A stretch of DNA of 64,000 nucleotides, from NCBI GenBank assembly GCA_963727525.1, contig CAVSGO010000005.1:704001-768000 (forward strand), in the 5' to 3' direction. Under the pieces are notes generated by a model. That model searched no databases and was not told where the DNA came from. It saw only the letters and a list, made by a program, of their open reading frames with translations. This document shows positions 41,078-51,393 of the stretch, piece by piece. The position numbers were made by a program, and so were the translations under genes. The DNA comes from an uncultured bacterium. Its GTDB lineage: Bacteria; Krumholzibacteriota; Krumholzibacteriia; LZORAL124-64-63. How positions within the stretch are numbered: the stretch's first letter is position 1; the number at the start of each line of letters is the position of its first letter.

Positions 41078-43381
41078 TCACGACTGCCACAGGTACTGCA
41101 GCTTCACGAAGTACTGGCGGTCGGTGAGCCGATACAGCGACGACGCTCCGGGATCGGCAGCGTTGAAGTCGTGGTAGTCGCGCGTGGCGCCCAGGTAGAA
41201 GACGGAGAACGAGTTGAGCCGGTAGGTGATGAGCGGGTCGATCTCCCACTTGCGACCGAACACGATGTGGTACTCGGGGAAGTCGCCGGCCACGGCAGCG
41301 TCCTGGTAGTAGGGGCTGCGTGAATCGTTGAATTGCGCCACGAGGCGCACCGAGAGCCGCGGATCGATCTGTAGCCGCAATCGCGTGCGGACGATGGTCT
41401 GGCGAAAGAGCAGCGTTCCGGTGCCGGCCTGCTCGCTGCGCACGTAGTCGAGCGACGGCTCGAGGATGAGGCGATCAATGGGCTTGAACGCGAGCGACGC
41501 CGACGCGCTCACGAGATCGCCATGATCGAGGGTGAGCAGGGCCGGCCCGCGGCCCACCGCGTACGACGCGGAGAGGCCGAGGGTGCGCATGGGCCGGGAG
41601 TCGATGTCGATGCCGGCGTCGAGCTGATCACGGAACGCCACGCCACCCCACACCTCCTCGCCGAACTGGTAGTGCACGCCCACGTGCGTCTGTGCCGCGC
41701 GCAGGTACGTATCGGCGAAAACGTTAGCGTGGGCCCACTTGCGCTGGCCGGCGTAGTTCCAGCGCCCATCGACGACCACGCCCGGCACCACGCGCTCCAC
41801 CAGCCCGTGGTCGCGCCGCGCCACGTGTTCCAGGTAGATGAAACCGTTGCGCTGGTCGTTCCAGGGGTCGTAACCGGTCTGCGTGCGGTACTCGGGATCG
41901 ACCTCGTTGAAGTCGATCGTGATATTCCAGCGCGGCGAGCGCAGCCGCAGATCGGTGATCAGCGCGGGGCCCGAATACGACTCGCCATCGAGATCGACGG
42001 TGTGCTTGCCATCGGCGAAGGTTTCGCCGGGGCTCACGACGATGCCGCGCGGCTCTCGCGTGGCGCTGTGCACGAGCTGCGTGGCCCAGCTCAGCGTACT
42101 GCCCAGGCGGAGGCTGGCATCCACCGAGGCGATGGTGCCATGGCCGCCGCCATCGTAGCGGCGGTCGGTGATCATGGCCCCGATCTGCGAGTTCGGCCCA
42201 AGGCTGTGCAGACCGCGCAGGACGTTCACGGTGGAGTAGCCCATCGCCGCCGTGCGTGAGCGCTCCTCGAGGGGAATGATGTAGGGCGAGTGCTCGTCGC
42301 GCGCCATGAGGTAGGCCACGCTGGTGCCGTCCCAGCGAGCGGTTCCCTTGGCCGCCACCTGCGGGTCGTTCACCATGCGCGTGTAGAACGAGTTGAACAT
42401 GGTGCGAAAGAGATCGTTGCCCTCCTGGAAGAAGGGACGCTTCTCGGGATAGCGCAGCACGATCGTGGTGTTGACGTCGATCTGGTCGGCATCGGCCTCG
42501 ATCTGGCTGAAATCGGGATTGACGGTGCCCTCCGCCGTGAGGTCGCTCGATGGGGCGTACTTCACTCCGAGCGAGAGTTCGCCCCGAGAGCGGGCATCGG
42601 TGAGGCCGGAGTCGGCGTCTTGCGCGTCGCGAATGGTGCCGGTCTGGTAACCGATGAACGCCGGCAGCACCTCGAAGCCGCGTCCCGGGTGCAAGCCCGT
42701 GATGCCGGAAACCGTGCCGAACTGACAGGGAAAACACTGCTCGCTGCGATCGTTGGCCGCCCACGCGTACTGATGGCGCACATCGCGCGGATGGTTGCGC
42801 CAGAAGTTGATGCGCCAAGGCTGCTCGTTCGCGTCGGGAAAGCGCAGACCCGCGAGGGGGATCGCCATCTCCACGGTGTAGCCGTCGGCCGTGATGCGCC
42901 CGGCCGAGGTCCACACCATGTCGAATCCGTCGTCCTCACCCTGCACCGAGGTCCACATCGCGTCGTTCTGCACGCCGTACGGGTTGACGAAGAAGAAGTA
43001 CGCCCAGGTGCCGTCACCGAAGGTGTCGAGCATGAATCCCACGTCGTCGTCGGCGCTGCCGTAGAGATCGCGCTGGCACATCGTGGCACGGACCGCGGCG
43101 GAATCGTCGTGACAGACGAACGCGACGTAGAGATTCTCGTCGTCGTAGGTGAGCCAGGCCTCGGTGTCCACGAGCGGCGCGATCGCATCGCCTGGGCTGC
43201 GCTCGGCAAAACCGTCGGCGTGCCCGGCCGCGGCCCAGCCCGGATCGTCGAGGCGGCCGTCGATGGTGATGCGGCCGCTCGTGTGCGCGGTCTCCAGATG
43301 CGGCCGGTACTGCGGAGTGAACGCGCGGGCGCCGAGCGGTCCGAGCAGGGTGACGAGCAACACGGCGCCGGTGATTCGCAT
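41078..43381 (-). CDS. CBM9-like sugar-binding domain plus DUF5916 outer-membrane protein
   Basis: ITIDGRLDDPGW, YDDENLYVAF, FFVNPYGVQ.D, TVNPDFSQIEAD, YPEKRPFF, FVKLQYLW. Confidence 0.85.
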   Translation of the reverse strand: MRITGAVLLVTLLGPLGARAFTPQYRPHLETAHTSGRITIDGRLDDPGWAAAGHADGFAERSPGDAIAPLVDTEAWLTYDDENLYVAFVCHDDSAAVRATMCQRDLYGSADDDVGFMLDTFGDGTWAYFFFVNPYGVQNDAMWTSVQGEDDGFDMVWTSAGRITADGYTVEMAIPLAGLRFPDANEQPWRINFWRNHPRDVRHQYAWAANDRSEQCFPCQFGTVSGITGLHPGRGFEVLPAFIGYQTGTIRDAQDADSGLTDARSRGELSLGVKYAPSSDLTAEGTVNPDFSQIEADADQIDVNTTIVLRYPEKRPFFQEGNDLFRTMFNSFYTRMVNDPQVAAKGTARWDGTSVAYLMARDEHSPYIIPLEERSRTAAMGYSTVNVLRGLHSLGPNSQIGAMITDRRYDGGGHGTIASVDASLRLGSTLSWATQLVHSATREPRGIVVSPGETFADGKHTVDLDGESYSGPALITDLRLRSPRWNITIDFNEVDPEYRTQTGYDPWNDQRNGFIYLEHVARRDHGLVERVVPGVVVDGRWNYAGQRKWAHANVFADTYLRAAQTHVGVHYQFGEEVWGGVAFRDQLDAGIDIDSRPMRTLGLSASYAVGRGPALLTLDHGDLVSASASLAFKPIDRLILEPSLDYVRSEQAGTGTLLFRQTIVRTRLRLQIDPRLSVRLVAQFNDSRSPYYQDAAVAGDFPEYHIVFGRKWEIDPLITYRLNSFSVFYLGATRDYHDFNAADPGASSLYRLTDRQYFVKLQYLWQS

Positions 43382-43624
43382 GGACGACTCCTATGGTGGG
43401 CGCCGGGTCGCCGGTGGGAGGCGTCCGGTCGCGTTCAGACCCGTCACTACGGATACCGGAGCAAAAAAGATGCATGCACGCATCGCACGCGTGGCACCAG
43501 AGGCAACTCACTGAACCCCAACCTGTTCCATCGATATTGGAGACGGTCACGCCTGTTCCCGCCACACCGATTCGAGGACCGGGATGACCGGATCAGCCCG
43601 TCTCGGCCGCACGTCCCACTGGAC

Positions 43625-44212
43625 CTAGGCGGGGGACGCCGCGAGCGCCAGCAGCACGCCTCGTATCGTGCGCACGAAGCGGGCCTCGAGCGGCCCGCCC
43701 CGGATGGCACGCGGCAACTCGAGCTGGACGCCGGCGCCACGGCGGCCGCGGTTGCAGATGTTGTCGGTATCTGTGGCGGCGAACTCGTGACCGTCGGGGG
43801 CGAGGGTGAACCCCGCGGTGGCGAGCGCCTCGCGTATCAGCGTGGCGAGCGCGGTGTCCAGCCCGCCCACGTAGACCTGGCCACCGTAGTCCTCGCAGCC
43901 GTGGATCGTGACCACGGTGTCGCACGCGCGTACCAGCGCCAGGCAGCGCGGTTCGTCGAAGTGGCGGCTGGTCAGGTGCAGGCGCGCGTAGTTCTCGCGC
44001 GGACGCGTACCCTCGAACACGTAGTAGCTGAACTCGGCGCCGGCGATGCCACGGGCGATCTCGGCGGTGCGCCGTTCGATCGCACCGCCGTGAGGTGCCA
44101 CCACGGCCACGGATGTCCCGGGCCGTTCCTGGACAGTGACACGATAGTCGCGCCCCTCCCTCTCGCGGCGAGCGAGCGCGGCGTAGTCGCAATAGCGGTC
44201 CTGGTGGCTCAT
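43625..44212 (-). CDS. Poly-gamma-glutamate hydrolase family protein (DUF867)
   Basis: APHGGAIE, YVFEG, LHLTSRHFDEP, TIHGC, NICNRG, GVQLEL. Confidence 0.85.
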   Translation of the reverse strand: MSHQDRYCDYAALARREREGRDYRVTVQERPGTSVAVVAPHGGAIERRTAEIARGIAGAEFSYYVFEGTRPRENYARLHLTSRHFDEPRCLALVRACDTVVTIHGCEDYGGQVYVGGLDTALATLIREALATAGFTLAPDGHEFAATDTDNICNRGRRGAGVQLELPRAIRGGPLEARFVRTIRGVLLALAASPA

Positions 44213-44787
44213 GATGCGCCGATCGTGCGCTCGATGCGCGAATCCGGCACGAGCCACATGACAGCCACCAGAACGAAGATGCCGCAGGCGACGAGAGGCT
44301 GCACGAACGCGAGCGGGATCGCGACCGCATACAGCACCGTGGAGACGATGCCCTTCCCATCGCGGCCGACGGCGGCCGCCAGGTGCGAATCGCCGCGCTC
44401 CGCGGCGATGAGCACGCGCGTGAGGATATAGTACGCGACCGAGGCCCCGAGTAGCACCACGCCGTACAGGGCCACCGGCCACGCGGCAAAGTGATTCTCG
44501 CCCATCCAGGCCGTCACCAGCGGTGTGAGCGAGAGCCAGAAGAGCAGGTGCAGGTTGGCCCAGAGCGCACCACCGGAAACACGGCGCACGGCCTGGAAGA
44601 GATGGTGATGGTTGCTCCAGTAGATACCGATGAACACGTAGCTGAGGATGTAGCTCAGGAACACGGGGATGAGCGGTTGCAGCGCCGCGAGCGACGCTCC
44701 GTGCGGTGCGCGCATCTCGAGCACCATGATGGTGATGATGATGGCGATGACGCCATCGCTGAAGCTCTGCAGTCGATCCTTGGTCAC
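44209..44787 (-). CDS. TMEM175 family potassium channel (DUF1211)
   Basis: RLQSFSDGVIAIIITIMVLE, YWSNHHH, LWANL. Confidence 0.9.
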   Translation of the reverse strand: MTKDRLQSFSDGVIAIIITIMVLEMRAPHGASLAALQPLIPVFLSYILSYVFIGIYWSNHHHLFQAVRRVSGGALWANLHLLFWLSLTPLVTAWMGENHFAAWPVALYGVVLLGASVAYYILTRVLIAAERGDSHLAAAVGRDGKGIVSTVLYAVAIPLAFVQPLVACGIFVLVAVMWLVPDSRIERTIGAS

Positions 44788-44886
44788 GCCAGGCCTCCCA
44801 GAAGCGCCGTCATCTTAGCGGCAGATACTGTTGACGGGGAGTGGAACTTTACGATGCTGAATAGATCTCCAGCGGAAGGACCGTCC

Positions 44887-45474
44887 ATGGCCACGATCGT
44901 CGGCATCTCGGGCAGCCTGAGAAAACACTCCTTCAATACCGCGCTCCTGCGGGTTCTCGCCGCACTCGCACCGAAGGGCAGCGAACTGCGTATCGAGTCG
45001 ATTGCCGGCATCCCACTCTACAATGCGGACGACGAAGCAGCTACGGGCGTACCCGATACCGTCGCACATCTGAAGGACGCGATCGCCGGGACCGACGGGC
45101 TGCTGATCGCAACGCCGGAATACAACAACTCCATCCCGGGCGTCACCAAGAATGCGATCGACTGGCTCTCGCGTCCACCGGCGGACATCGCACGCGTGTT
45201 CCATAGCCGACCGGTGGCCATCGCCGGGGCCTCGCCCGGCGGCTTCGGCACGGTGCTGTCGCAGAACGCGTGGCTGACGGTGATGCGCACCCTGGGCGTC
45301 GATCTCTGGTCGGGCCGGCTGCTCGTCTCGCGGGCCTCGACGGTCTTCGACGAAGACGACAAGCTGATCGACGGCAGCCTGCGCGACAAGGCACGCGCCT
45401 TCATCGAAGGATTCGTCGGCTTCGTGGAGGCCCGTCAGGCGAGCGCGACGAAGAAAAGCCGCGGGAACGGATAG
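44887..45474 (+). CDS. NADPH-dependent FMN reductase
   Basis: ISGSLRKHSFN, TPEYNNSIPG..KNAIDW, GASPG. Confidence 0.92.
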   Translation: MATIVGISGSLRKHSFNTALLRVLAALAPKGSELRIESIAGIPLYNADDEAATGVPDTVAHLKDAIAGTDGLLIATPEYNNSIPGVTKNAIDWLSRPPADIARVFHSRPVAIAGASPGGFGTVLSQNAWLTVMRTLGVDLWSGRLLVSRASTVFDEDDKLIDGSLRDKARAFIEGFVGFVEARQASATKKSRGNG

Positions 45475-46229
45475 TGCGTGCGGCCGTCCGGCGCCGGGGG
45501 ATAGGCCTCACGCAGACGCGCTTCGTACGCGGCGAGGAAACGCGCGCGTTCCGGCTCGGTGAGCCCCGTCAGCACCGGACGCAACGTCGTGCCCGACACC
45601 CAGGCCAGAACCGGGTTCGCCCCCTCGAGCCACTGCTGGTACTCCGTGACCCAGATGTCGAGGCTACGCACGTGCGGCGCGAGGAGATCATGGTACCACC
45701 GCGGCGACTGCACCCAGCGCCGCCCCATCGCCCGCCGCAAGGCCTCGCTCCCCAGCGGCCGCCCGCCCTCACCCCCATCGGCGAGCGTCTCCCGCAGGAG
45801 GCGGTGCGATGGCAAGTCCCAGCTCAGCGGCATTTGCACGGCGAGGCAGCCTCCTGGCGCGAGGTAGCCCGCAAGGCGCGGCAGGAGCGCGGCGTGATCG
45901 TCGACCCAGTGCAGGGCCGCGTTCGTGTAGAGAAGGTCGACCGGAACCGCCGGCGACCAGCTCTCGATGTCCCCCTCGATCCATCGCACTTCGCCGCCCC
46001 GGGCGTGTGCCTTCGCCAGCATGTCGGGCGAGCTATCAACGCCGGCGACGTCGGCCGACGGCCAGAAGTCGGCCATGATACGCGTGACATCACCCGCGCC
46101 ACACCCGAGATCGACAACCGTGCCCGGCGCCTCCAGTGGCACCTGCTGCAGCAGGTCGATGGCGGGCCGGCGACGATAGTCGGCGAAGGCTAGATAGCGG
46201 TCGGGATTCCAGCGCACTGTGGATTCCAT
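45435..46229 (-). CDS. tam: Trans-aconitate 2-methyltransferase
   Basis: WNPDRYLAF, VDLGCGAG, NAALHWV, LAVQMP, W.SGT.LRP, PFPRLFFVA. Confidence 0.88.
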   Translation of the reverse strand: MESTVRWNPDRYLAFADYRRRPAIDLLQQVPLEAPGTVVDLGCGAGDVTRIMADFWPSADVAGVDSSPDMLAKAHARGGEVRWIEGDIESWSPAVPVDLLYTNAALHWVDDHAALLPRLAGYLAPGGCLAVQMPLSWDLPSHRLLRETLADGGEGGRPLGSEALRRAMGRRWVQSPRWYHDLLAPHVRSLDIWVTEYQQWLEGANPVLAWVSGTTLRPVLTGLTEPERARFLAAYEARLREAYPPAPDGRTHYPFPRLFFVALA

Positions 46230-46246
46230 GACGACACTCCTCGCGG

Positions 46247-46653
46247 TCAGGGCGCGCGCACCACCCAGCGCGGCGCGGTGTTCACCACGTGACGCAGTAG
46301 CAGATTGAGTTGCCCCACGCCGTGTTGCACGTGGCGCAGGTTGTAGACGAGCAGTTCCGCAAAGGTGGGTGATCCCCAGCGGAAGGTGCAGACGCGCCGC
46401 GCATCCTCGGGTGTGAGCGCCGCGATGATGGCGAAGGCCTGGCGCCGGCCGTGCGCGAGATACGCGCGCATCTCGTCCGGCGTGAAAACTCGTGGTGACA
46501 GCACACCCGCGGGATCCAGCTCCTCGAGACCGAACGGATCCGGTGGCGCGAAACCCTCGACCGTACCGCCGAGATAGAGGTCATGCCTGAAGAGCGTGTG
46601 GAAGGTGAGATACCAGAACGGCGGCTCGCAAGAGCTTCCTGCCAGATGTCCAT
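46247..46653 (-). pseudogene. DinB-family gene with an apparent frameshifting internal deletion
   Basis: ATG46653 (GGAGG RBS) gives MDIWQEALAS; the conserved-looking body (FWYLTFHTLF...YNLRHVQHGVGQL) is in another frame from about 46625. Confidence 0.65.
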
Positions 46654-46768
46654 GAGCCTACCTCCCGGGTTCGTACGTGTCGGGGGCCGTCGATGACGGC
46701 GGTGCAGCCTGTGCGGCGAACGCAGTCGAGGACCTGGCCAGGAACCTGGTGCTGGTACGGTAGCCGGA

Positions 46769-48301
46769 TCACGGACGTGGGTCCGGCGGTGGCGGGTCGT
46801 CGTACGACTCCTCGATCTCGTCGACGTTGATGTGTCCCATGTCGCCCGTCTCGTCATCGACGATCGTGAGGTACACGTCACGCCCCTGCAACGGTCGCAG
46901 ATCCCAGTACCGCCAGCTCATGGTCTCGATGCCCTCGCCGGTCTCGCTGTACAGCGCCGTGTCGGCATCCGCGTCGACCAGGGAGACATAACAGGTCTGT
47001 GGGTAGATGCCGCCGCCCACGAGCATGCGCATGGAGTTGCCCGTCACGGTGAACGTATCCGTGGCCACGCTGCCGCGCACGCCATCGCCGAAGAACGCGC
47101 CGGCCGATCCGACCCCGGAGAGCGGGCCCTGGTAGTACTCCTTGCTGCCGAAATAGAAATTCCCCACCGGACCTGCAGGCGCTTCGCCGCGACGCAACGG
47201 ATTGTCGCCGAAGCAGGGATTGCCGAGCGTCGCGACGCCGTTGCGGACAGCGAAATAGCGGTCGAGGGGATGCGGCTTGTACACCGTGGGCGGGTCCAGC
47301 CCGGGCTGGAACTGCAAGGTGTCGATGCGCACGACAAACGAGAGCGCCGTGTGGTTGACTTCCTGGTACGTCCCGAGGCGTGAGAAAAGCCAGGGTCCGT
47401 CCTGATCGAACTGATCGACTTCGGGGGCAATGCCCGAGGGGTCGATGACCGTCCGGTTGGCGAACGACAATCCCGCGGGGTCGTCCGCGCTGATGTGGTT
47501 GATCCCTTCGACACCGTACTCCACGAAGAACAGGTGGTGCACGCCGTCCACCACCTTGTATTGCATGCTCTCCATCACGTTGCCGGGGTTGCTGCCGTCA
47601 TTGCGGAAGAAGATGCTCTGCGCATCCCAGTGCAGCTGATCGGCCGACGTGATATCGGCCGTGACGCCCTGGAATCCGCTGGGACCGTCGGCCGCCGCGG
47701 TCATCAGCATGTGCCATAGCGATCCGTCGTAGTAGACGTACGGGTCGCGGAAATTGCCGAAGGAACCGTTGGGATTCCAGATGAAGATGCTGTGATCCGG
47801 CACCACGACCGGATTGAGCCGCGTCTTGTACCAGGTCGTCAGATCTCGCGACCAGGCCAGGGCGCCGCGCTGGTTGTAATCCGCATCGACGGCGGTGTAC
47901 GCCATCCACCAGAGGCCGTTCTCCGGGTTGAAGAACACGTCGGGAGCCCACATGGCCAGGGATTCGAAAGAGTCGCTGGAAACCCACAGCGCGGGCACCG
48001 GCGCCGTCCAGTGGATGAGGTCGTGGGTGGTGGCGTGGTAGATCGTATCCGCCGAGGCCGGCGTCGGGGACGACTCGGGTATGCCGTGATAGAAGATGTG
48101 GTACGTGCTGTCGACCCTCACGAGCGAGAAATCCCAGACCTGAACGTACGGGTGCACGTAGTAGGGCTGCTCGAAGTCGATCTTGAGGAGAGCCAGCGCG
48201 GGACGACTCGCGCCGAGAACGACGCACGTGAGCCAGACCGTGGCGATGATCATGAAAGGGCGGCGCCACCGGAACTGGTCGGATCGAGGGGACGGGATCA
48301 T
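46769..48301 (-). CDS. Secreted five-bladed beta-propeller glycoside hydrolase (GH32/GH43-like)
   Basis: WDF, HATTHDLIHW, MWAPDV, FRDPYV, MES; C-terminal beta-sandwich; start codon uncertain. Confidence 0.75.
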   Translation of the reverse strand: MIPSPRSDQFRWRRPFMIIATVWLTCVVLGASRPALALLKIDFEQPYYVHPYVQVWDFSLVRVDSTYHIFYHGIPESSPTPASADTIYHATTHDLIHWTAPVPALWVSSDSFESLAMWAPDVFFNPENGLWWMAYTAVDADYNQRGALAWSRDLTTWYKTRLNPVVVPDHSIFIWNPNGSFGNFRDPYVYYDGSLWHMLMTAAADGPSGFQGVTADITSADQLHWDAQSIFFRNDGSNPGNVMESMQYKVVDGVHHLFFVEYGVEGINHISADDPAGLSFANRTVIDPSGIAPEVDQFDQDGPWLFSRLGTYQEVNHTALSFVVRIDTLQFQPGLDPPTVYKPHPLDRYFAVRNGVATLGNPCFGDNPLRRGEAPAGPVGNFYFGSKEYYQGPLSGVGSAGAFFGDGVRGSVATDTFTVTGNSMRMLVGGGIYPQTCYVSLVDADADTALYSETGEGIETMSWRYWDLRPLQGRDVYLTIVDDETGDMGHINVDEIEESYDDPPPPDPRP

Positions 48302-48489
48302 GCGGACGTCAACCTTTCGTTGTGTGCGTTCCGGGCCGCGTCCAGCGCGGCGAGACGCTTCGATTCTACCATGAATCTGTGGTTCGATCGCGCGCTCCGC
48401 CTGATTTTGTCGTGATCCGCGGCGTCGCCTGATATAAGATGATGAAGATCTTGTATCAGATATCCCGCATCGCAACGATCGGAGACGCC

Positions 48490-50505
48490 ATGTTCTCGCC
48501 CCGCGCCCGTCGCCGCATGCTCGCCACCCCCCTGTGGGCTCTCTTGTTGCCGCTCGTGTCATGTGGGGACGATGACAGGTCCCCCACGACCCCCGGGGCC
48601 ACGACGCTCGATGCGTCGGGCACCATCGGGCCGGCCGGCGGCTCCATCCGGTCCGCAGACGGCCGTCTCGTTCTCACCGTTCCGGCCGGAGCCCTGGACG
48701 AGGACACGGAGATCGTCATCACCGAGGTGACCGCCAAGGATCTCTCCGTGACCGGCGAGGGCATGGACGTGTCCCACGCCCTCACGATGGAACCGGCCGG
48801 CCTCGCGTTCGACGTGGGCATCACCCTGGAACTGCAGTATGTCATCAAGGACGCCGGCGACAACGATTCCGGGGTCGACTTCGAGCTACGCCTCGAGATG
48901 GTCGTGGTCAGCGAGGACGACGAGCAGACCGCGGCCGTGCGGGCGATCCCCGAGCAGACGGCTGTCCTCGGTCCCGCCGGCAGCGACGGCCGGCAGGAAC
49001 TCGTGCTCCATACCCTGCCGCGCGAGCTGGTCCTCGGTACGCCCGTGGCCGTGGTCGACGGCGCAACGGTGGCGACCACCGTGGCCGGTCTGAGCGCCGA
49101 GGTCCCCGCGCAAGCCGTGGAGAATACCTCGTTCACCGCTCAGGTGCTGTTCGCCTACTCCCTGGCCCTCACCTTCGCATCCGATGCCCACTACGGACCG
49201 GTCGCCCTCGTGAATCTCGCCACGCTGCTCGAGGAAGGCGACGTTGTCGACGTGCAGGAGGTCGTCGATCCCGTTGGCCTGTCCAAGCAGTTCGCCCTGC
49301 TTGCCTACGTGGCGGGGATCCCGGGGCCGGCCACCTGGAATCTGGCCTTGCGAACCGAGTTCAACGTGCTAGCCGCACTCGCATTTCCCGACGCTCAGAA
49401 TCTTCCACTGGTTCTCGGAGCCATCGAGGTCCTGTTCCAGTTCGCCCCGATCAATCTCGCCATCCTCGCGACCACTGGCGGCCACGACGACCTGGGCCCG
49501 GGGCTCTGGTATCTGACGGCCCTGGTCGAGTCGGCCTTCCCCGTGCGCGGCCTGACGGGCTTTCCCTTCGACAACACCCTGGCCGTGGGTGCCGGTAACG
49601 GCACCACCCTCTGGTCGCTCGACGCCGCCACCCCGGCGGTAGCCGTCTACACCGGCTTCAACCAATCCTCGCTCGTGATCTGGGAGTGCCTGATGATGGC
49701 TGCCGGCAACAAGGACGCCGCTCCGGGATCGATCGCCATGGTCCAAGCAGGCCCCGCAGGCGCCAGACTCACCCAGTGGATTCCCGCAGACAACGCGTTC
49801 GGTGCGACCGGAGTTATCGAGTTCCAGTCCGGTGTCACCGACCTCCAACCCTTCGACGCCGACGCGCTCTCGGGTGGCTTCGTCTACGTGGCCAGCGCGA
49901 GCGGTGCGGTGCGCATGGTCGAATACGACGCGGATTCCGGCTACTACGACGACGTCCGGCAGATCACCGACTTTCCCGAGGCCCCTGGCACGCCTTTCAC
50001 CGCCGCCGTGCGCCGGGGCGCCGGCGCCGTGGTGGTCACCGCTGGCTCGCCGGGCATGATCTACCATCACGATCTGGTGGACACCTTCGCGCCAGCCGTG
50101 GCTGTCGGTGACGCAGGCGACTCGCCGCGTCGGATTCGCACCGCCGGCGATCTCGCCTTCGTCAGCAACTTCGATTCGGACGAGCTCACGATCCTCGCCT
50201 GGAGCCCGACCGGCGCCGTGAGCGTGGTCGGTGCGGTCACGGTGGGTGATGGCCCCGTGGGAATCGACGCCCTCGAATTGCCCGACGGCACCGTCGCCGT
50301 CGTCAGCACGGGCTTCCACGACGACACCAGCACCGTGACGATCGTCGACGCGACCGGCGCGGTGATCTCGAACACCACGAGCGACCTGCCCGACGGTGCG
50401 CTCTCACCGGGCCATGCGGTGTGGCTGCGAGGCGACGCATTGCACTACGCGGTGACGTGCAATGAGAGTGGTCATCTGGTGGTGGTGGATCCGGGGCTGG
50501 AATGA
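48490..50505 (+). CDS. Lipoprotein with a ZU5-like N-terminal domain and a C-terminal beta-propeller
   Basis: Lipobox LVS-C; IGPAGGSI...LTVPAGAL...EPAGLAF; YVTN-like FVSNFDSD...VGDGPVGI. Confidence 0.65.
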   Translation: MFSPRARRRMLATPLWALLLPLVSCGDDDRSPTTPGATTLDASGTIGPAGGSIRSADGRLVLTVPAGALDEDTEIVITEVTAKDLSVTGEGMDVSHALTMEPAGLAFDVGITLELQYVIKDAGDNDSGVDFELRLEMVVVSEDDEQTAAVRAIPEQTAVLGPAGSDGRQELVLHTLPRELVLGTPVAVVDGATVATTVAGLSAEVPAQAVENTSFTAQVLFAYSLALTFASDAHYGPVALVNLATLLEEGDVVDVQEVVDPVGLSKQFALLAYVAGIPGPATWNLALRTEFNVLAALAFPDAQNLPLVLGAIEVLFQFAPINLAILATTGGHDDLGPGLWYLTALVESAFPVRGLTGFPFDNTLAVGAGNGTTLWSLDAATPAVAVYTGFNQSSLVIWECLMMAAGNKDAAPGSIAMVQAGPAGARLTQWIPADNAFGATGVIEFQSGVTDLQPFDADALSGGFVYVASASGAVRMVEYDADSGYYDDVRQITDFPEAPGTPFTAAVRRGAGAVVVTAGSPGMIYHHDLVDTFAPAVAVGDAGDSPRRIRTAGDLAFVSNFDSDELTILAWSPTGAVSVVGAVTVGDGPVGIDALELPDGTVAVVSTGFHDDTSTVTIVDATGAVISNTTSDLPDGALSPGHAVWLRGDALHYAVTCNESGHLVVVDPGLE

Positions 50506-50712
50506 GGCGCAGGCAGGGGTGCGAACCGGAGGCGGCCCGCACCCCTCGTAGACCGACTGGCGGAATACTGTCTTGATGCGACCCCAGGTAGATGCCGACG
50601 CCGTTCTCGGCTCTACCGAACCACGCGTTCCGGCACGTGGACGGCGTACGCATCATCGACGTGCTCGATCACCAGCAGGTACAGCGCAGCACAGCCGGCG
50701 TCGGGCGTCAGG

Positions 50713-51393
50713 TCAACGTGCGTATAGCGCCTTGATCGACGACCAGGACGTGGGAACCGTCGCGACGGTATCGAGCTCGAGTGTCAGGTTGTCGATCATG
50801 CCCCGCGGCATCGAGTAATCGGCTCCATAGGTCGCATAGAGATGAAGTTGATCGAACGACGCACCCGCGATCGAGAGGGTGGTCCACGTCGGATCATCGC
50901 GATCGGAATCGCCAGCGATCGCGAACTCGGTCGAGGCGACGACCGTTCCACCGAGCAGACCGTCCAGGTGCCAGACGATGCCACCCCAGACCCCGTTCTC
51001 GTAGAAGGCGATATCGAGTGCGGCGGCGGTGCACGCTGACGGCAGGTCCATGGCCACGGTCGCGAGCCCACCGATCGTCAGATTGTCGCCCGGCACGAAA
51101 GCGATCCCGAACGTCATCGCGTTCACCGGGCTGCCGTATCCCGGAAAATCGACGTAGAAGAGTCCGGCGTCCTCGATGATGAACTGGTCGTCCGGCTGCG
51201 GATCGAAGGTCCCACCGTCAGGAAACACGCCCGCGACCGTGTTGAGGTCGTGATACGTCACGCCATCAACCGCGACAGGATTGCCGAGCACGCCCTCGGC
51301 GAGACTCTCGTAGTCGGACACGATCGTCGTGGCGCCCGCGGCCGCGACCGCGAGCGCGATGGCACAGAGAACACTGATTCGCAAGATTCGCAT
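50713..51393 (-). CDS. Secreted protein with a C-terminal SWSSIKALY tail
   Basis: Signal peptide, beta-sandwich-like body ending IDNLTL, tail TVATVPTSWSSIKALYAR. Confidence 0.75.
   Translation of the reverse strand: MRILRISVLCAIALAVAAAGATTIVSDYESLAEGVLGNPVAVDGVTYHDLNTVAGVFPDGGTFDPQPDDQFIIEDAGLFYVDFPGYGSPVNAMTFGIAFVPGDNLTIGGLATVAMDLPSACTAAALDIAFYENGVWGGIVWHLDGLLGGTVVASTEFAIAGDSDRDDPTWTTLSIAGASFDQLHLYATYGADYSMPRGMIDNLTLELDTVATVPTSWSSIKALYAR

Noticed and set aside
46581-46772. 63-aa ORF after the glycosidase as a frameshifted C-terminal domain
   Set aside because: No recognisable domain in this frame, and it overlaps the DinB start.
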